Of a stretch of 64,000 nucleotides of DNA, positions 29,820 to 39,769 are shown piece by piece. Within the stretch, counting starts at the first letter, position 1, and each line of letters begins with the position of its first letter. The notes below the pieces were generated by a model, which had not been told where the DNA came from, did no database searches, and saw nothing but the letters and a program-made list of their open reading frames with translations. Made by a program: the position numbers and the translations under genes. Source of the DNA: Nitrososphaeria archaeon (GTDB lineage Archaea > Thermoproteota > Nitrososphaeria > Geothermarchaeales > JDFR-13); the NCBI GenBank assembly GCA_027078545.1, contig JALWXN010000004.1, forward strand, positions 992,001 through 1,056,000, in the 5' to 3' direction.

Positions 29820-30428
29820 CTATATCAAAGAAAAGTATCTCCTAACTATCGTTTCCTCTATCTCCAAAAGATGGTGGTAATCCCTCAGGAAAACCTCCCT
29901 CAACACCCTCTTACGGAGTAGTAAAGAATCATATTTCTCATACGCCTCCGCCGAATCGATACTTGCTAGTAGCCCCATACCCACCAGCCTATCGATGGTG
30001 ACACCCTTGTATAGAAGGTTGAGGAGAGCATGTCCACCCCTGAACATCCCATAGGTGAACCCGCTTAGTAGGTGGCTATACCCCCGGCTCGCCAGGAGAG
30101 CCTCCCCACCCACATAGTCCGACGCAAGGAGTAGGTCTATGGGGAAGCCCCAGAGATCACCCTCGGCAACAGTTATGTAGATAGCGTCACTATAGATAGC
30201 GTTTGCAAGGGCGATCCTCAACCTCCTCAATAAGGCTAGATACTCCTCAGCATCAACCTCGGGATCCCCCTCCCTCAATGGTTTAAACGGGTCTGACCCT
30301 CCCCTATCCAGGTGTAGGATTACTAACCCCTCCCTCACGGAGAACCACTCCTCAAACATGGATACATATTCGGGCGTCACATGGTTAGGATAATCCTCAA
30401 CCCTGTACTCGACAACCTTCCCGCCCAA
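29820..30428 (-). CDS. Divergent crotonase/enoyl-CoA hydratase-fold protein
   Basis: SDAIYITVAEGDLWGFPIDLLLASD resembles the P.IAAV.G.A.GGG.EL.LA.D motif; TTG start at 30428 with an upstream GGTGG. Confidence 0.45.
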   Translation of the reverse strand: MGGKVVEYRVEDYPNHVTPEYVSMFEEWFSVREGLVILHLDRGGSDPFKPLREGDPEVDAEEYLALLRRLRIALANAIYSDAIYITVAEGDLWGFPIDLLLASDYVGGEALLASRGYSHLLSGFTYGMFRGGHALLNLLYKGVTIDRLVGMGLLASIDSAEAYEKYDSLLLRKRVLREVFLRDYHHLLEIEETIVRRYFSLI

Positions 30429-30477
30429 GGAGTACCACCAACCATATAGATGCCGGGGCCTAAGAGTAATATGTGTA

Positions 30478-31092
30478 ATGGATAGGCTTGGTGAGCTGGA
30501 GGAGCTGGCCAACAAGATTAGGAGTTGCACCTTATGTAGGCTCCACGAGAACAGGACGAACGCGGTCCCCGGGGAGGGTAGTGGATCCTCGGGAGTCATG
30601 TTTATAGGTGAGGCCCCTGGTAGGAGTGAGGACGAGATGGGTAGGCCCTTCGTGGGGAGAGCTGGGCAGCTACTCACCGAGCTAATATCCCTCGCAGGGC
30701 TTAGGAGGGAGGATGTCTACATAACCAACGTGGTCAAGTGTAGACCCCCTGGGAATAGAGACCCCTTGGAGGATGAGATTAGGGCCTGCCTACCCTACCT
30801 GAGGAGGCAGATACAGATACTCAGGCCCCGCCTAATAGTGACCCTGGGTAGACACGCGGCTAAGACCATAGCCATGGAGGCCGGGAGGAGCTTCAGGGGG
30901 ATGACGAGGGAGAGGGGGAGGAGCTACAGGGCAGTGGTCGCGGGGGTTGAGGTGACGATATTCATGACCTACCACCCAGCGGCAGCCCTCTACAACCCTG
31001 GACTACTCGAGAAGCTTAGGGAAGACTTTATGAAGATACCCAGCCTCCTAAGCCCCGGGAAGAGAGGCGCCACCCTAGACGACTTCCTCTAA
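30478..31092 (+). CDS. udg: Uracil-DNA glycosylase family 4
   Basis: CTLC Fe-S ligands, GEAPG, PFVG, NVVKCRPP, YHPAA. Confidence 0.94.
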   Translation: MDRLGELEELANKIRSCTLCRLHENRTNAVPGEGSGSSGVMFIGEAPGRSEDEMGRPFVGRAGQLLTELISLAGLRREDVYITNVVKCRPPGNRDPLEDEIRACLPYLRRQIQILRPRLIVTLGRHAAKTIAMEAGRSFRGMTRERGRSYRAVVAGVEVTIFMTYHPAAALYNPGLLEKLREDFMKIPSLLSPGKRGATLDDFL

Positions 31093-31439
31093 TTCTTACC
31101 CTTCTTCTCAGCCTCTAGCCGCTCCTTGAAGTAGGCCTCCAGGTCAATATCCCTATACTCCTCAGCAAGGAGATCCCTCTTATCAGGGTTCTTGAGGAAG
31201 TAGTAGACACTGTAGCTACAGATGGGGACTATCTTAAGCCCATTCTCCCTCGCATACTCGATAGCCTTCTCCACAAGTTTCCTAGCCAGTCCACGTCCAC
31301 GCCACTGCTCAGGGGTATACGTGGCGTCGAGGAAGAGCTTACCATCCTCTTTGTGATACCTCAGGTATGCCTTGGACCCGTCGGGCAGCCTTATGAAGAA
31401 GACCCTACCAGTCATCTCGACATTAAAGTCCTCCGACAT
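31089..31439 (-). CDS. Small GNAT acetyltransferase (YjdJ-like)
   Basis: TYTPEQWRGRGLA, KIVPICSY. Confidence 0.85.
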   Translation of the reverse strand: MSEDFNVEMTGRVFFIRLPDGSKAYLRYHKEDGKLFLDATYTPEQWRGRGLARKLVEKAIEYARENGLKIVPICSYSVYYFLKNPDKRDLLAEEYRDIDLEAYFKERLEAEKKGKN

Positions 31440-31504
31440 CCCAAGACCAGCTATCACGGAGGGGGTTTATAAATCTTCACCACGAGTCTATAGGTGATGC
31501 GGAG

Positions 31505-32074
31505 ATGGTTGTATACGACGGCGGCGAGATAGAGCCGATTCTACGGCGGATAAGGGATATGGAACGTGTCAGGCTGGCGATATTCGATATCGACAACACG
31601 CTTATAGACTCTACAGAGAGGTTTAGGAAGAGCCTCGAGGATGTGGCTGGCAGGAGGGTCGAGAGCCTTGAGGAGCTGGGCCCAGAGGAGAGGAACAGGT
31701 TCTGGGACGTATTCCTAAGCCCCAAATACCTCTACCTAGACAGGCCGATGGAGAGGGGTATTAAGGAGCTCCTGGAGAGGAGGGGCGAGGGCTACTACAT
31801 ACTCATCCTCACAGGGAGGCCGGAGAGGATGAGGGATGTAACTGTCGAGCAGCTAAGAGAGATAGGTGTGGAGTACGACGCCCTACTCATGAGGAGGGAT
31901 GACGATAGGAGGCCCGACCACATCTACAAGCCCGTGAGGATAGGGATGATAATACAGGGGATAGACTATAGGGACGCCTCGATAGAGTATCACGAGGATA
32001 TGCCCAAGACCATAGAGGTAGTGAGGCAGAGGTTCCCATACATCAGGATATGTGTCCACGGCCCCGAGACATAG
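31505..32074 (+). CDS. HAD-superfamily phosphatase (PNK-phosphatase-like)
   Basis: FDIDNT, LTGR, LLMR..DD.R.D..YK, ED. Confidence 0.8.
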   Translation: MVVYDGGEIEPILRRIRDMERVRLAIFDIDNTLIDSTERFRKSLEDVAGRRVESLEELGPEERNRFWDVFLSPKYLYLDRPMERGIKELLERRGEGYYILILTGRPERMRDVTVEQLREIGVEYDALLMRRDDDRRPDHIYKPVRIGMIIQGIDYRDASIEYHEDMPKTIEVVRQRFPYIRICVHGPET

Positions 32075-32129
32075 GAGATACCCGTATATGCCCATCCCAA
32101 GCCTAATATGTATAGAGTGGTGGTAGGCG

Positions 32130-32498
32130 GTGGAGGATAAGGAGCTGGAGAAGATCATGCAGAGGAAGATGATGGAGTATATGGAGAGGCTCCGCAAGAT
32201 GCAGGAACAGGGATCCGAGAAGGAGAGAAGGGAAGACATCCTCGAGAAGATACGCCCACTCCTAACCAGCGATGCATACAACCACCTAAAGAAGATAAGG
32301 AGTGGGAACCCCCGCCTGGGGGAGGAGATGATCAAGATCCTTATAGAGCTGCTATACCTAGGCTATCTAAGAACCCCGATAGACTACGTAGTGGTTGAGA
32401 GACTCCGGAGGAAGCTTACTGGTGAGACGGGCAAGATCTACGTATATAGGAAGGGGGAGCTCAAGAACCTGGGAGACGCACTCACCGGAGACGAGTAG
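32130..32498 (+). CDS. PDCD5/TFAR19-like DNA-binding protein (divergent)
   Basis: DKELEKI..RK..E, ILEKIRPLLT.DA..L..I...NP. Confidence 0.6.
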   Translation: MEDKELEKIMQRKMMEYMERLRKMQEQGSEKERREDILEKIRPLLTSDAYNHLKKIRSGNPRLGEEMIKILIELLYLGYLRTPIDYVVVERLRRKLTGETGKIYVYRKGELKNLGDALTGDE

Positions 32499-32946
32499 CC
32501 AGGAGGGCCGCCCCCAACACGATAGCGATGCCCAGGACGATTGGGAGTATATCCACCCCACCCTTGACGGAGAAGCTGGAGGAGTAGACCTCCTCCCCAT
32601 AGTCAGAGACTAGGATAAAGTAGTAGTAATCCCCAGGCTCTACATCCTCAGGCAGCCTAACGACCAGGGTTGCCTCACCACTCCTAGGGATCTCCAAGCC
32701 CACCTCGATCCTGCCTAGATAGATCCTCTCAGAGCCTGGAGACGTGAGATACACCTCGAAATACTCGACCTCCCTAGGACCATCACCAATATTCTTCACG
32801 TGGAGCATAACCTCCTCACCGGGTGAGAAGCTCTCACCCTCGGTGTAGCATACCAGCGACCTAGGGGCGCACTTTGGGCAGCCACCCATGACGAGGACTG
32901 GGAGGAGTAGGAGTATTATCAATATTAACGTGGCCGCCCTAGCCAT
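32482..32946 (-). CDS. Secreted/membrane-anchored Ig-like protein
   Basis: Signal peptide ending MGGC, beta-rich domain (PGEEV..VKN.G, PGDY), C-terminal TM with basic tail. Confidence 0.65.
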   Translation of the reverse strand: MARAATLILIILLLLPVLVMGGCPKCAPRSLVCYTEGESFSPGEEVMLHVKNIGDGPREVEYFEVYLTSPGSERIYLGRIEVGLEIPRSGEATLVVRLPEDVEPGDYYYFILVSDYGEEVYSSSFSVKGGVDILPIVLGIAIVLGAALLATRLR

Positions 32947-32986
32947 GCAAAATAATTTACTGGTGCCAGACTAATATTGTTAATCG

Positions 32987-34867
32987 GTGTCAGACTTGGC
33001 TGGAACCGGGTGGTACAGGAGGATCCTATGGGTAGACCTGAGCAGGGGGAAGTCCTGGGTAGAGGAGTATCCCGAGTCGATGGCCCATGAATACCTGGGC
33101 GGGAGGGGCTACGCCATACGAATACTCTGGGACAGGCTGGAGCCCGGGACGGACCCACTCTCACCGGAGAACATAATTGTATATGCGGTCGGCCCCCTGA
33201 CCGGCCTACCCCTACCCAGCAGCGGTAAGATGGTGATAGCCTCGAAATCCCCACTCACAGGTGGATATGGAGACGGAAATATAGGGACCAGGGCCGCAGT
33301 ACATCTAAGGAAGGCTGGCTACGACGCGTTGGCAGTCACTGGAAAGGCGGAGAAGCCTGTATACCTCTACATAGACGAGAAGGGTGCAGAGATACACAGC
33401 GCCGAGGACCTATGGGGGCTTAATGCGGAGGAGATCGATAACGAGCTTGGGAAGAGGCATGGACGGAGGAGCGGGATACTCACCATATGCCCGGCAGGCG
33501 AGAAGCTGGTTAGATACGCAGTAGTTATGAGTGAGAAGGACAGGGCCGGTGGGAGGCCGGGTATGGGCGCGGTCATGGGTAGCAAGAACCTCAAGGCGAT
33601 AGTGATCCATGGAGAGGGCGAGATCCCGGCGAAGGACCCGGACAGAGTGAAGGAGATAGGTAAACAGGCCTATTCAGACGTGAAGAACGCCGATAACTAT
33701 CAGCACTGGATGAGCGAGGGCACTATGGCCATCCTGATGTGGTGCCAGGAGATGTCTGTCCTACCCACCTACAACTTCAGGGAGGGCGTCTTCGACGGTG
33801 CCGAGAAGGTGAGCGGAGAGATCATGGCCAGGGAGTATAAAGTCTTCCAGAAGGGATGCCCCCAGTGCAACATGGTATGTGGAAACGTGGGTGAGGCCAA
33901 GACAGGGCCCTTCGCAGGGACGAGGGCTGAGCTGGACTATGAGAATGTTGAGATGCTCGGGCCCAACCTAGGAATAGACAGTCTAGACGAGATCATAGGC
34001 CTCGTCAGGATGGCGGACAACATGGGGTTCGACACAATCTCCCTAGGCTCCGTACTAGGCTTCGCTACCGAGGCCTACGAGAAGGGCCTCATAACAAAGG
34101 AGGACCTAGACGGGATAGAGCCTAGATGGGGCGAGACGGAGAGCTATGTAGACCTGATAAACCTGATACTTGAGAGGAAGAAGTTCGGAGACACGCTGGC
34201 CAAGGGGACCAAGCTAGCAGCCCTCAAGCTGGGCAACGGGGCGATAGGATTCGCTATGCAGGTGAAGGGCCTCGAGGCCAGTGCATACGACGCCCATATA
34301 GCACATGGGATGGCACTGGCATTCGGCACTAGCCCTATAGGAGCCCACCACAAGGATGCATGGTACATCTATAGGGAGGCCCTGAGAGGCTTCGACGTAA
34401 ACGATAGGCAGAAGGTGGAGGAGATAATCAATCTACAGAGGATTAGGGGAGGGCTCTTCGAGACATTCGTGACATGTAGATTCCCCTTCGTAGAGGTGGG
34501 GCTAAACCTCGACTACTACCCCAGGCTCCTAGAGGCCGCCACCGGGCTTAGCTACACGATGGACCAGCTCTTCAACATGGCGGACAAGATCTACGACCTG
34601 ATACGCCTCTTCTGGGTGAGGGAGTACGGCTGGTGGGACAGGCAGATGGACACACCCCCAGCCAGGTGGTTCGACGAGCCACTAACCAAGGGGCCGAGGA
34701 AGGGCGCCCACCTAGACAGGAAGATCTATAACCAGCTCCTAGACTGGTACTACGAGATAAGGGGCTGGGATGAGCGTGGAATACCCAGGAAGTCCACCCT
34801 AGAGGCTAGGGGGCTTGGAAGAGAGGCCAGAGAGATAGAGTCGATGGGTATAAAGCTCTCCCCCTAG
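32987..34867 (+). CDS. aor: Aldehyde:ferredoxin oxidoreductase (W-pterin AOR/FOR family)
   Basis: YLGGRG, KSPLTG, GRPGMGAVMGSKNLKA, CPQCNMVC, DYEN, YYEIRGWD. Confidence 0.93.
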   Translation: MSDLAGTGWYRRILWVDLSRGKSWVEEYPESMAHEYLGGRGYAIRILWDRLEPGTDPLSPENIIVYAVGPLTGLPLPSSGKMVIASKSPLTGGYGDGNIGTRAAVHLRKAGYDALAVTGKAEKPVYLYIDEKGAEIHSAEDLWGLNAEEIDNELGKRHGRRSGILTICPAGEKLVRYAVVMSEKDRAGGRPGMGAVMGSKNLKAIVIHGEGEIPAKDPDRVKEIGKQAYSDVKNADNYQHWMSEGTMAILMWCQEMSVLPTYNFREGVFDGAEKVSGEIMAREYKVFQKGCPQCNMVCGNVGEAKTGPFAGTRAELDYENVEMLGPNLGIDSLDEIIGLVRMADNMGFDTISLGSVLGFATEAYEKGLITKEDLDGIEPRWGETESYVDLINLILERKKFGDTLAKGTKLAALKLGNGAIGFAMQVKGLEASAYDAHIAHGMALAFGTSPIGAHHKDAWYIYREALRGFDVNDRQKVEEIINLQRIRGGLFETFVTCRFPFVEVGLNLDYYPRLLEAATGLSYTMDQLFNMADKIYDLIRLFWVREYGWWDRQMDTPPARWFDEPLTKGPRKGAHLDRKIYNQLLDWYYEIRGWDERGIPRKSTLEARGLGREAREIESMGIKLSP

Positions 34868-34881
34868 CCAACCCCACCTTT

Positions 34882-36228
34882 CTACCTAGGCTCCAGCCTC
34901 GCGAAGAGCTCGATATGAGGTGTGTGGGGGAACATATCTATCAGGTATAGCCCGTCGGAGACCCTATACCCCCTTGAGAGGACCTCTAAGTCCCTAGCCA
35001 TACTCAGTGGGTTACAGCTGAAGTATAGGATCTCACCCACCTCCATCCTGAGGAGGGCCTCCTTAACCTCCCTCGAGAGGCCAGGCCTAGGCGGATCCAC
35101 AACCACCGTGTCGAACCTCCCAGACATCTTGGCAAGCCTATCCTCAGCCCTATCCCTGATTATAGCCACGTTCTCAGCCCCCAGCTCCTCCCTAACCACC
35201 TCAGCACTATAGACGGAGTATTCATCCACCTCCACAGAGACCACGCGGTCATACCTATCCATCAGGGTATAGCTGAAGAGCCCCACACCACTATACACGT
35301 CTAGAAGGGTGGAGCCGCCGGACGCGTGCCTCCTAGCCAGGTCTACAAGCGTGTTCGCCTGGTACGAATTCGTCTGGAAGAAGGCGTTTGGATGGATATA
35401 GAACTCTATCCCGCCCACACGCTCCCTGAGGAAGTCCCTACCATATACCGGCCTTAGGTCCCTACCCATCGAGACGTCGGTCAGGGTATCGTTCACGCTC
35501 CAGACTATCCCGGTGACGAGGTCTGAGAGCTCGGTGATCAGCCTATCCAAGCCTATGAAGCCCCCACCCTTATAGGTCACGAAGTTTACTAGTCGGTCAC
35601 CAGTATACTTCCCCTCCCTAATCACAACGTATCTGAGGAACCCCTTCTGCTTGATAATGTCGTAGGGCTCGAGGCCATACCTCTCCATATGCTCCTCCAC
35701 CCTATGGATGATCTCCACCGCTTCGGGCGACATCAAGAAACACTCGTCTAGATCCACTACCACGTCCCACCTACCAAGCATCTTAAGCCCGACCACGCCC
35801 CTTCCATCTACGACCCCGACTGGGAAGTCCATCCTGTTCCTGTAGAACCATATCTCAGGGCTCGGTATCGGCTTATGGATGGCTGGGAGAGCCACGTTAA
35901 ACTCGTCGAAGATCTCCTCAACCATCTCCCTCTTAATGACGAGCTGCCTCTGATAATCCAGGTCCTGGAACCTACACCCCCCACAGGTTCCGAAGTGTCT
36001 ACACCGTGGCTCAACCCTATAGGGGGAGGGGTCGAGAACCTCCTTCACAACGCCCCAGTACTCCCTACCCCTACGCCCCTTAGGCTTCGCGGTTACCTCT
36101 GCCAGAACGGTCTCCCCGGGGATACCATAGTGGAAATAAATCTTCCTACCGTTAGCCACGCCGTATATCCGGCCCCTATGGTCGAGGCCCCTAATCCTAA
36201 CCCTCTCCAGCGACACGGGACCCTCCAT
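34882..36228 (-). CDS. rlmD: RlmD/RumA-type RNA (uracil-5)-methyltransferase with TRAM and 4Fe-4S domains
   Basis: CRHFGTCGGC, YRNRM, AFFQTN, DPPRPG, SCNP, DMFPHTPHIE. Confidence 0.88.
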   Translation of the reverse strand: MEGPVSLERVRIRGLDHRGRIYGVANGRKIYFHYGIPGETVLAEVTAKPKGRRGREYWGVVKEVLDPSPYRVEPRCRHFGTCGGCRFQDLDYQRQLVIKREMVEEIFDEFNVALPAIHKPIPSPEIWFYRNRMDFPVGVVDGRGVVGLKMLGRWDVVVDLDECFLMSPEAVEIIHRVEEHMERYGLEPYDIIKQKGFLRYVVIREGKYTGDRLVNFVTYKGGGFIGLDRLITELSDLVTGIVWSVNDTLTDVSMGRDLRPVYGRDFLRERVGGIEFYIHPNAFFQTNSYQANTLVDLARRHASGGSTLLDVYSGVGLFSYTLMDRYDRVVSVEVDEYSVYSAEVVREELGAENVAIIRDRAEDRLAKMSGRFDTVVVDPPRPGLSREVKEALLRMEVGEILYFSCNPLSMARDLEVLSRGYRVSDGLYLIDMFPHTPHIELFARLEPR

Positions 36229-36661
36229 ACCTCCTAAGGTAGAGGAAGAGGAATAGATATATTATCCATAGTGGGAAGACTAGTGAGACCCCGCCGATAA
36301 GGGGTATTATGAAGAATATAAGGTAGCCAGCCCCGACGAGTATGCTCCCCACCCTGTATAGGCTGAGCTGCTCACCACCCTTGAAATAGGCATAGAATAT
36401 TATGACGAGGCCCACAACCACAGCCAGTAGGGGGAGGAGTAGTAGCTGGGGAGCCCCTAGGACCATGGTACGTATACCCTGATTCATTATCATGTCGAGA
36501 GCCGTCGCTATCGAGAGCATGAGGACGAGGCCGTTGAACAGCCTCGAATACGCCTCACCACCAAGGGATAGGTCGAGCCTAACAACAATCTTAGCCCCAC
36601 ATTTTAGGCAGTAGACGGCCTCGTCAGGATTCTCATACCCACACTTCGGGCACGTCTTCAT
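36197..36661 (-). CDS. Zinc-ribbon membrane protein
   Basis: CPKCGYENPDEAVYCLKCG followed by about 4 TM helices. Confidence 0.8.
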   Translation of the reverse strand: MKTCPKCGYENPDEAVYCLKCGAKIVVRLDLSLGGEAYSRLFNGLVLMLSIATALDMIMNQGIRTMVLGAPQLLLLPLLAVVVGLVIIFYAYFKGGEQLSLYRVGSILVGAGYLIFFIIPLIGGVSLVFPLWIIYLFLFLYLRRYGGSRVAGEG

Positions 36662-36735
36662 AGCTGAGCACCACACTGGAAAATCTATTATAAATGATAT
36701 TCATCCAAATAAAATCTTGATTAGGGAACAGGGAC

Positions 36736-37374
36736 ATGTACGTCGTTATAGCCGGGGGAGGCGCCACAGGGCTTATCCTAGCCCAGAGACTCGAGAAGAA
36801 GAATATAGATGTGACGATCATCGAGAAGGATGTTGAGAGGTGTGACGAGCTCCTAATGAGGACACGTGCCCACGTAATAAGGGGGGACGCAACCGATCCA
36901 GAGGTCCTAGAGGAGGCCGAGATAACCAGGGCCGACCACCTAGTATGCGTGACCGGGGACGACAAGACCAACCTACTAGTAGCCACGATAGGGATGCATA
37001 TAGGGGTGGAGAACATCATCGTAAGGGTGGAGCACCCCACCTATGAGAAGATAGCCAGAGAGATGGGCTTCAAAAACCTGATCAACCCGGCCGAGATAGG
37101 AGCAACGATGATAGAGTCTGTGATCAGGGGTATCAGAGTCATAGAGATGTTCCGGATAGAGGACGACTCAGTCGATATGGAGGAGATAACCATCGATGAG
37201 AAATCGATATTCAAAGACAAGCCTTTGAAATACATCATAGAGAAGTCCAAGGACACCGTCTATCCACTCATGATCCTGAGGAACGGGGAGATAATAATAC
37301 CCGATCCAAACTATAGGCTCAAGGTCGGGGAGAAGGTCTGGGTACTCAGGAAGAGGAGGCGCTTCCTATTTTAG
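36736..37374 (+). CDS. trkA: TrkA/KtrA RCK-domain potassium uptake regulator
   Basis: VIAGGG..G, GDAT, TGDDKTN, TrkA-C domain. Confidence 0.88.
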   Translation: MYVVIAGGGATGLILAQRLEKKNIDVTIIEKDVERCDELLMRTRAHVIRGDATDPEVLEEAEITRADHLVCVTGDDKTNLLVATIGMHIGVENIIVRVEHPTYEKIAREMGFKNLINPAEIGATMIESVIRGIRVIEMFRIEDDSVDMEEITIDEKSIFKDKPLKYIIEKSKDTVYPLMILRNGEIIIPDPNYRLKVGEKVWVLRKRRRFLF

Positions 37375-38763
37375 GCTCCTCCAGTGGGCCGGGCTCCTCT
37401 CCCTATCCTCAACCTGCTCAGAATAGATACTATACCTACCCGTCAAGAAGTATGAGATGGCTATGGATAGCATTGCTGGGGCCATCAACTCATAGGAACC
37501 AGTCATCTCACTCACCATTATAAGGACGGCTAGTGGCGCCTTAGACACACCCCCGAAGAGGCTCACCATACCAACGATGACCATAGAAGCGGTGAACCCC
37601 TTAGGGTCAGAGACATATCCTGGGAAGAACGTGAGTATCAGTATAGAGGTTATAAGGCCCACCACACCCCCTATGAATAGTCCAGGCGCGAATACACCCC
37701 CACTACCACCACTCCCGACCGAGAAGCCGGTGGCGAGTATCTTGATAGGGATCAGGAGGAGTAGTATCGCGAGGACTGGGACGACGTCCCTATAGAGGTT
37801 GAAGTAGTAGGCCTCTCCGAATAGGCTGATGAATACCTCGCCCTCCACAAAGACCCCCATCCACTCATAGCCTCCTCCGAGGACCTGGGGGGCGAATATC
37901 GCCAATACCCCGGTCAATACTCCGCCTATGAAGGGCTTCACCGGCCTAGGTAGGGAGAGGGTCTTGAACAGCCCATGTATACCGTAGAAAACCTTTACGT
38001 AGGCCACACCAGCAATAGCCGTGAACAGCCCGAGGACGGCGAAGAATAGGAGCTCCACCACATTGGTCAGAGGCTTAAACTCCATGACGAAGACATGTTC
38101 AAACCCAGTGGCATAACCCATGACTGCATAGCCGGTCAATGCTGCTATAAAGGCGGGTATCAAGGCTTCAGCCTCGAAGTCCCTCCTATAGATCACCTCG
38201 ATAGCGAAGACAGAGGCTCCAAGAGGGGCTTTGAACATCGCCCCAATACCTGAGGCCATACCCACAAGGACAGCGGTCCTCTGGAGCTTGATGGGCGAGT
38301 TGAAGAGCCTGCTCAGGATAGATGCTATGCCACCCCCTATCTGGGCCATAGGACCCTCCCTTCCAGCGCTGCCGCCAAAGCCTATAGTTGCTATCGAGGC
38401 GAGGAACTTGGCCAGGGGAGCCAACCCACTTATGTGGCCAGCCCTCCTATGGAACGCAGCCACCACAGCGTCTGTACCATGCCCCTCAGCCTCTGGGGCT
38501 AGTGAATAGACTATCACACCCGATAAGAGCCCACCTAGACCCACTACGACAGGTGCTAGGAACCACTGGCTAGGCGGGTGGCCAGCCTCCATACCGATGA
38601 GTGTGAATACCCAGTGCTCCACGGTTAGGAGTGTGAGGTAGAAACCCACTGATACCCCACCAACCACTAGGCCGATTAAGAGTGAGAGGAGTATCTGATC
38701 CCTAATCGTACCCCTAACCCTGAAGGCCCTGACAGCCAGTCTATGCACAACGTGGAAGATCAT
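37366..38763 (-). CDS. ClC chloride channel/antiporter (no CBS domains)
   Basis: GHGTD, GGSAGREGP, GGVFAP motifs. Confidence 0.92.
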   Translation of the reverse strand: MIFHVVHRLAVRAFRVRGTIRDQILLSLLIGLVVGGVSVGFYLTLLTVEHWVFTLIGMEAGHPPSQWFLAPVVVGLGGLLSGVIVYSLAPEAEGHGTDAVVAAFHRRAGHISGLAPLAKFLASIATIGFGGSAGREGPMAQIGGGIASILSRLFNSPIKLQRTAVLVGMASGIGAMFKAPLGASVFAIEVIYRRDFEAEALIPAFIAALTGYAVMGYATGFEHVFVMEFKPLTNVVELLFFAVLGLFTAIAGVAYVKVFYGIHGLFKTLSLPRPVKPFIGGVLTGVLAIFAPQVLGGGYEWMGVFVEGEVFISLFGEAYYFNLYRDVVPVLAILLLLIPIKILATGFSVGSGGSGGVFAPGLFIGGVVGLITSILILTFFPGYVSDPKGFTASMVIVGMVSLFGGVSKAPLAVLIMVSEMTGSYELMAPAMLSIAISYFLTGRYSIYSEQVEDRERSPAHWRSLK

Positions 38764-39695
38764 TCATAGACACCCACGTAGCCTATGTATCCATGTGGCC
38801 TGGCTACACCCATCCTCATAATCGAGATGACCATACCATCCCCTGGGTAGCGGACACGCTCCATAACATTGCCCAGGAGATCCTTGACCACGGCGATGTC
38901 TTCATAGGCCCTGAACTCCTCCCCAGGCTTCTTATACGGCTCCACAAGCCCGGGATGTTCAGAGGAGAGGATACGCCTGATCATCCTCCTCCCCGGCCAG
39001 CTCACCTCGTCGATCCTCCTAGGCTCCTCCTCCACGACGCCCAGGCCGGCCAGGAGGTTGATCATAGCCCTTACAGATATGGATAGTAGGGAGTCATCCA
39101 TATACTCAGACCCGGGAACCTCATATGTGAATGCGGGTACACCCCTCCTGATCAGGTGTGGAGGGAGGCTATCACCAATCATATCGGCACGTATCTCGTC
39201 AACGTCAAGGGAGTCTATGACGACTGGTAGGCCTGTAGACAGGCCACGGCTATACACCTCCTCGTCCAGGTCACTCCCAAGCCTATCCACGATTATATGG
39301 GGGATACAGTTACCAGCCGCGTGCATATCCACGACGAAGTCATAGCCCTTGGAAGCCAGCTGGAAGACTGTCTTGGCTATGCTCCTACCCAGGCCAGCCT
39401 TCTCGAGCCCTGGATATACCCTGTTGATATTGATGTTTGATAGGGGCTCATTCCTACTAGCCATTAATAGTCCTAGATAATTAGGCCCGATGAGGAAGTC
39501 GGCTCCCCCACCAACTCCCGAGGAGGAGAGGTACTCCATCAGCCTCCACATCACATATATCGTGGATACCTCGCCCCCATGGACAGGCCCCGTGAAGAGT
39601 ATCCTCGGAGAACCATCCCCAATCCTTACAAGGGGAATCCTGACATCCTCACCGCTAAGGAGTTTGAAGAGGGGTATCCAGGAGACCTCCACCAT
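38760..39695 (-). CDS. Succinylglutamate desuccinylase/aspartoacylase (M14-like) protein
   Basis: HGGE, NINRVYPG, DMH, YEV, biotinyl-like C-terminal domain. Confidence 0.85.
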   Translation of the reverse strand: MVEVSWIPLFKLLSGEDVRIPLVRIGDGSPRILFTGPVHGGEVSTIYVMWRLMEYLSSSGVGGGADFLIGPNYLGLLMASRNEPLSNININRVYPGLEKAGLGRSIAKTVFQLASKGYDFVVDMHAAGNCIPHIIVDRLGSDLDEEVYSRGLSTGLPVVIDSLDVDEIRADMIGDSLPPHLIRRGVPAFTYEVPGSEYMDDSLLSISVRAMINLLAGLGVVEEEPRRIDEVSWPGRRMIRRILSSEHPGLVEPYKKPGEEFRAYEDIAVVKDLLGNVMERVRYPGDGMVISIMRMGVARPHGYIGYVGVYE

Positions 39696-39769
39696 CTAGA
39701 GACGCACCCAAAATCCTTATTGGAGACCCACCACCCTATTAAGCCCCCAGCACGGAAAACTTTTTTTGT

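Noticed and set aside
36670-36685. CCACACTGGAAA resembles an ORB origin box
   Set aside because: Single partial copy, no G-string, no cdc6/orc1 nearby
37366-38763. Possible fluoride-specific CLC-F
   Set aside because: Has GREGP/GHGTD rather than the CLC-F GNNLI/GREGT signatures
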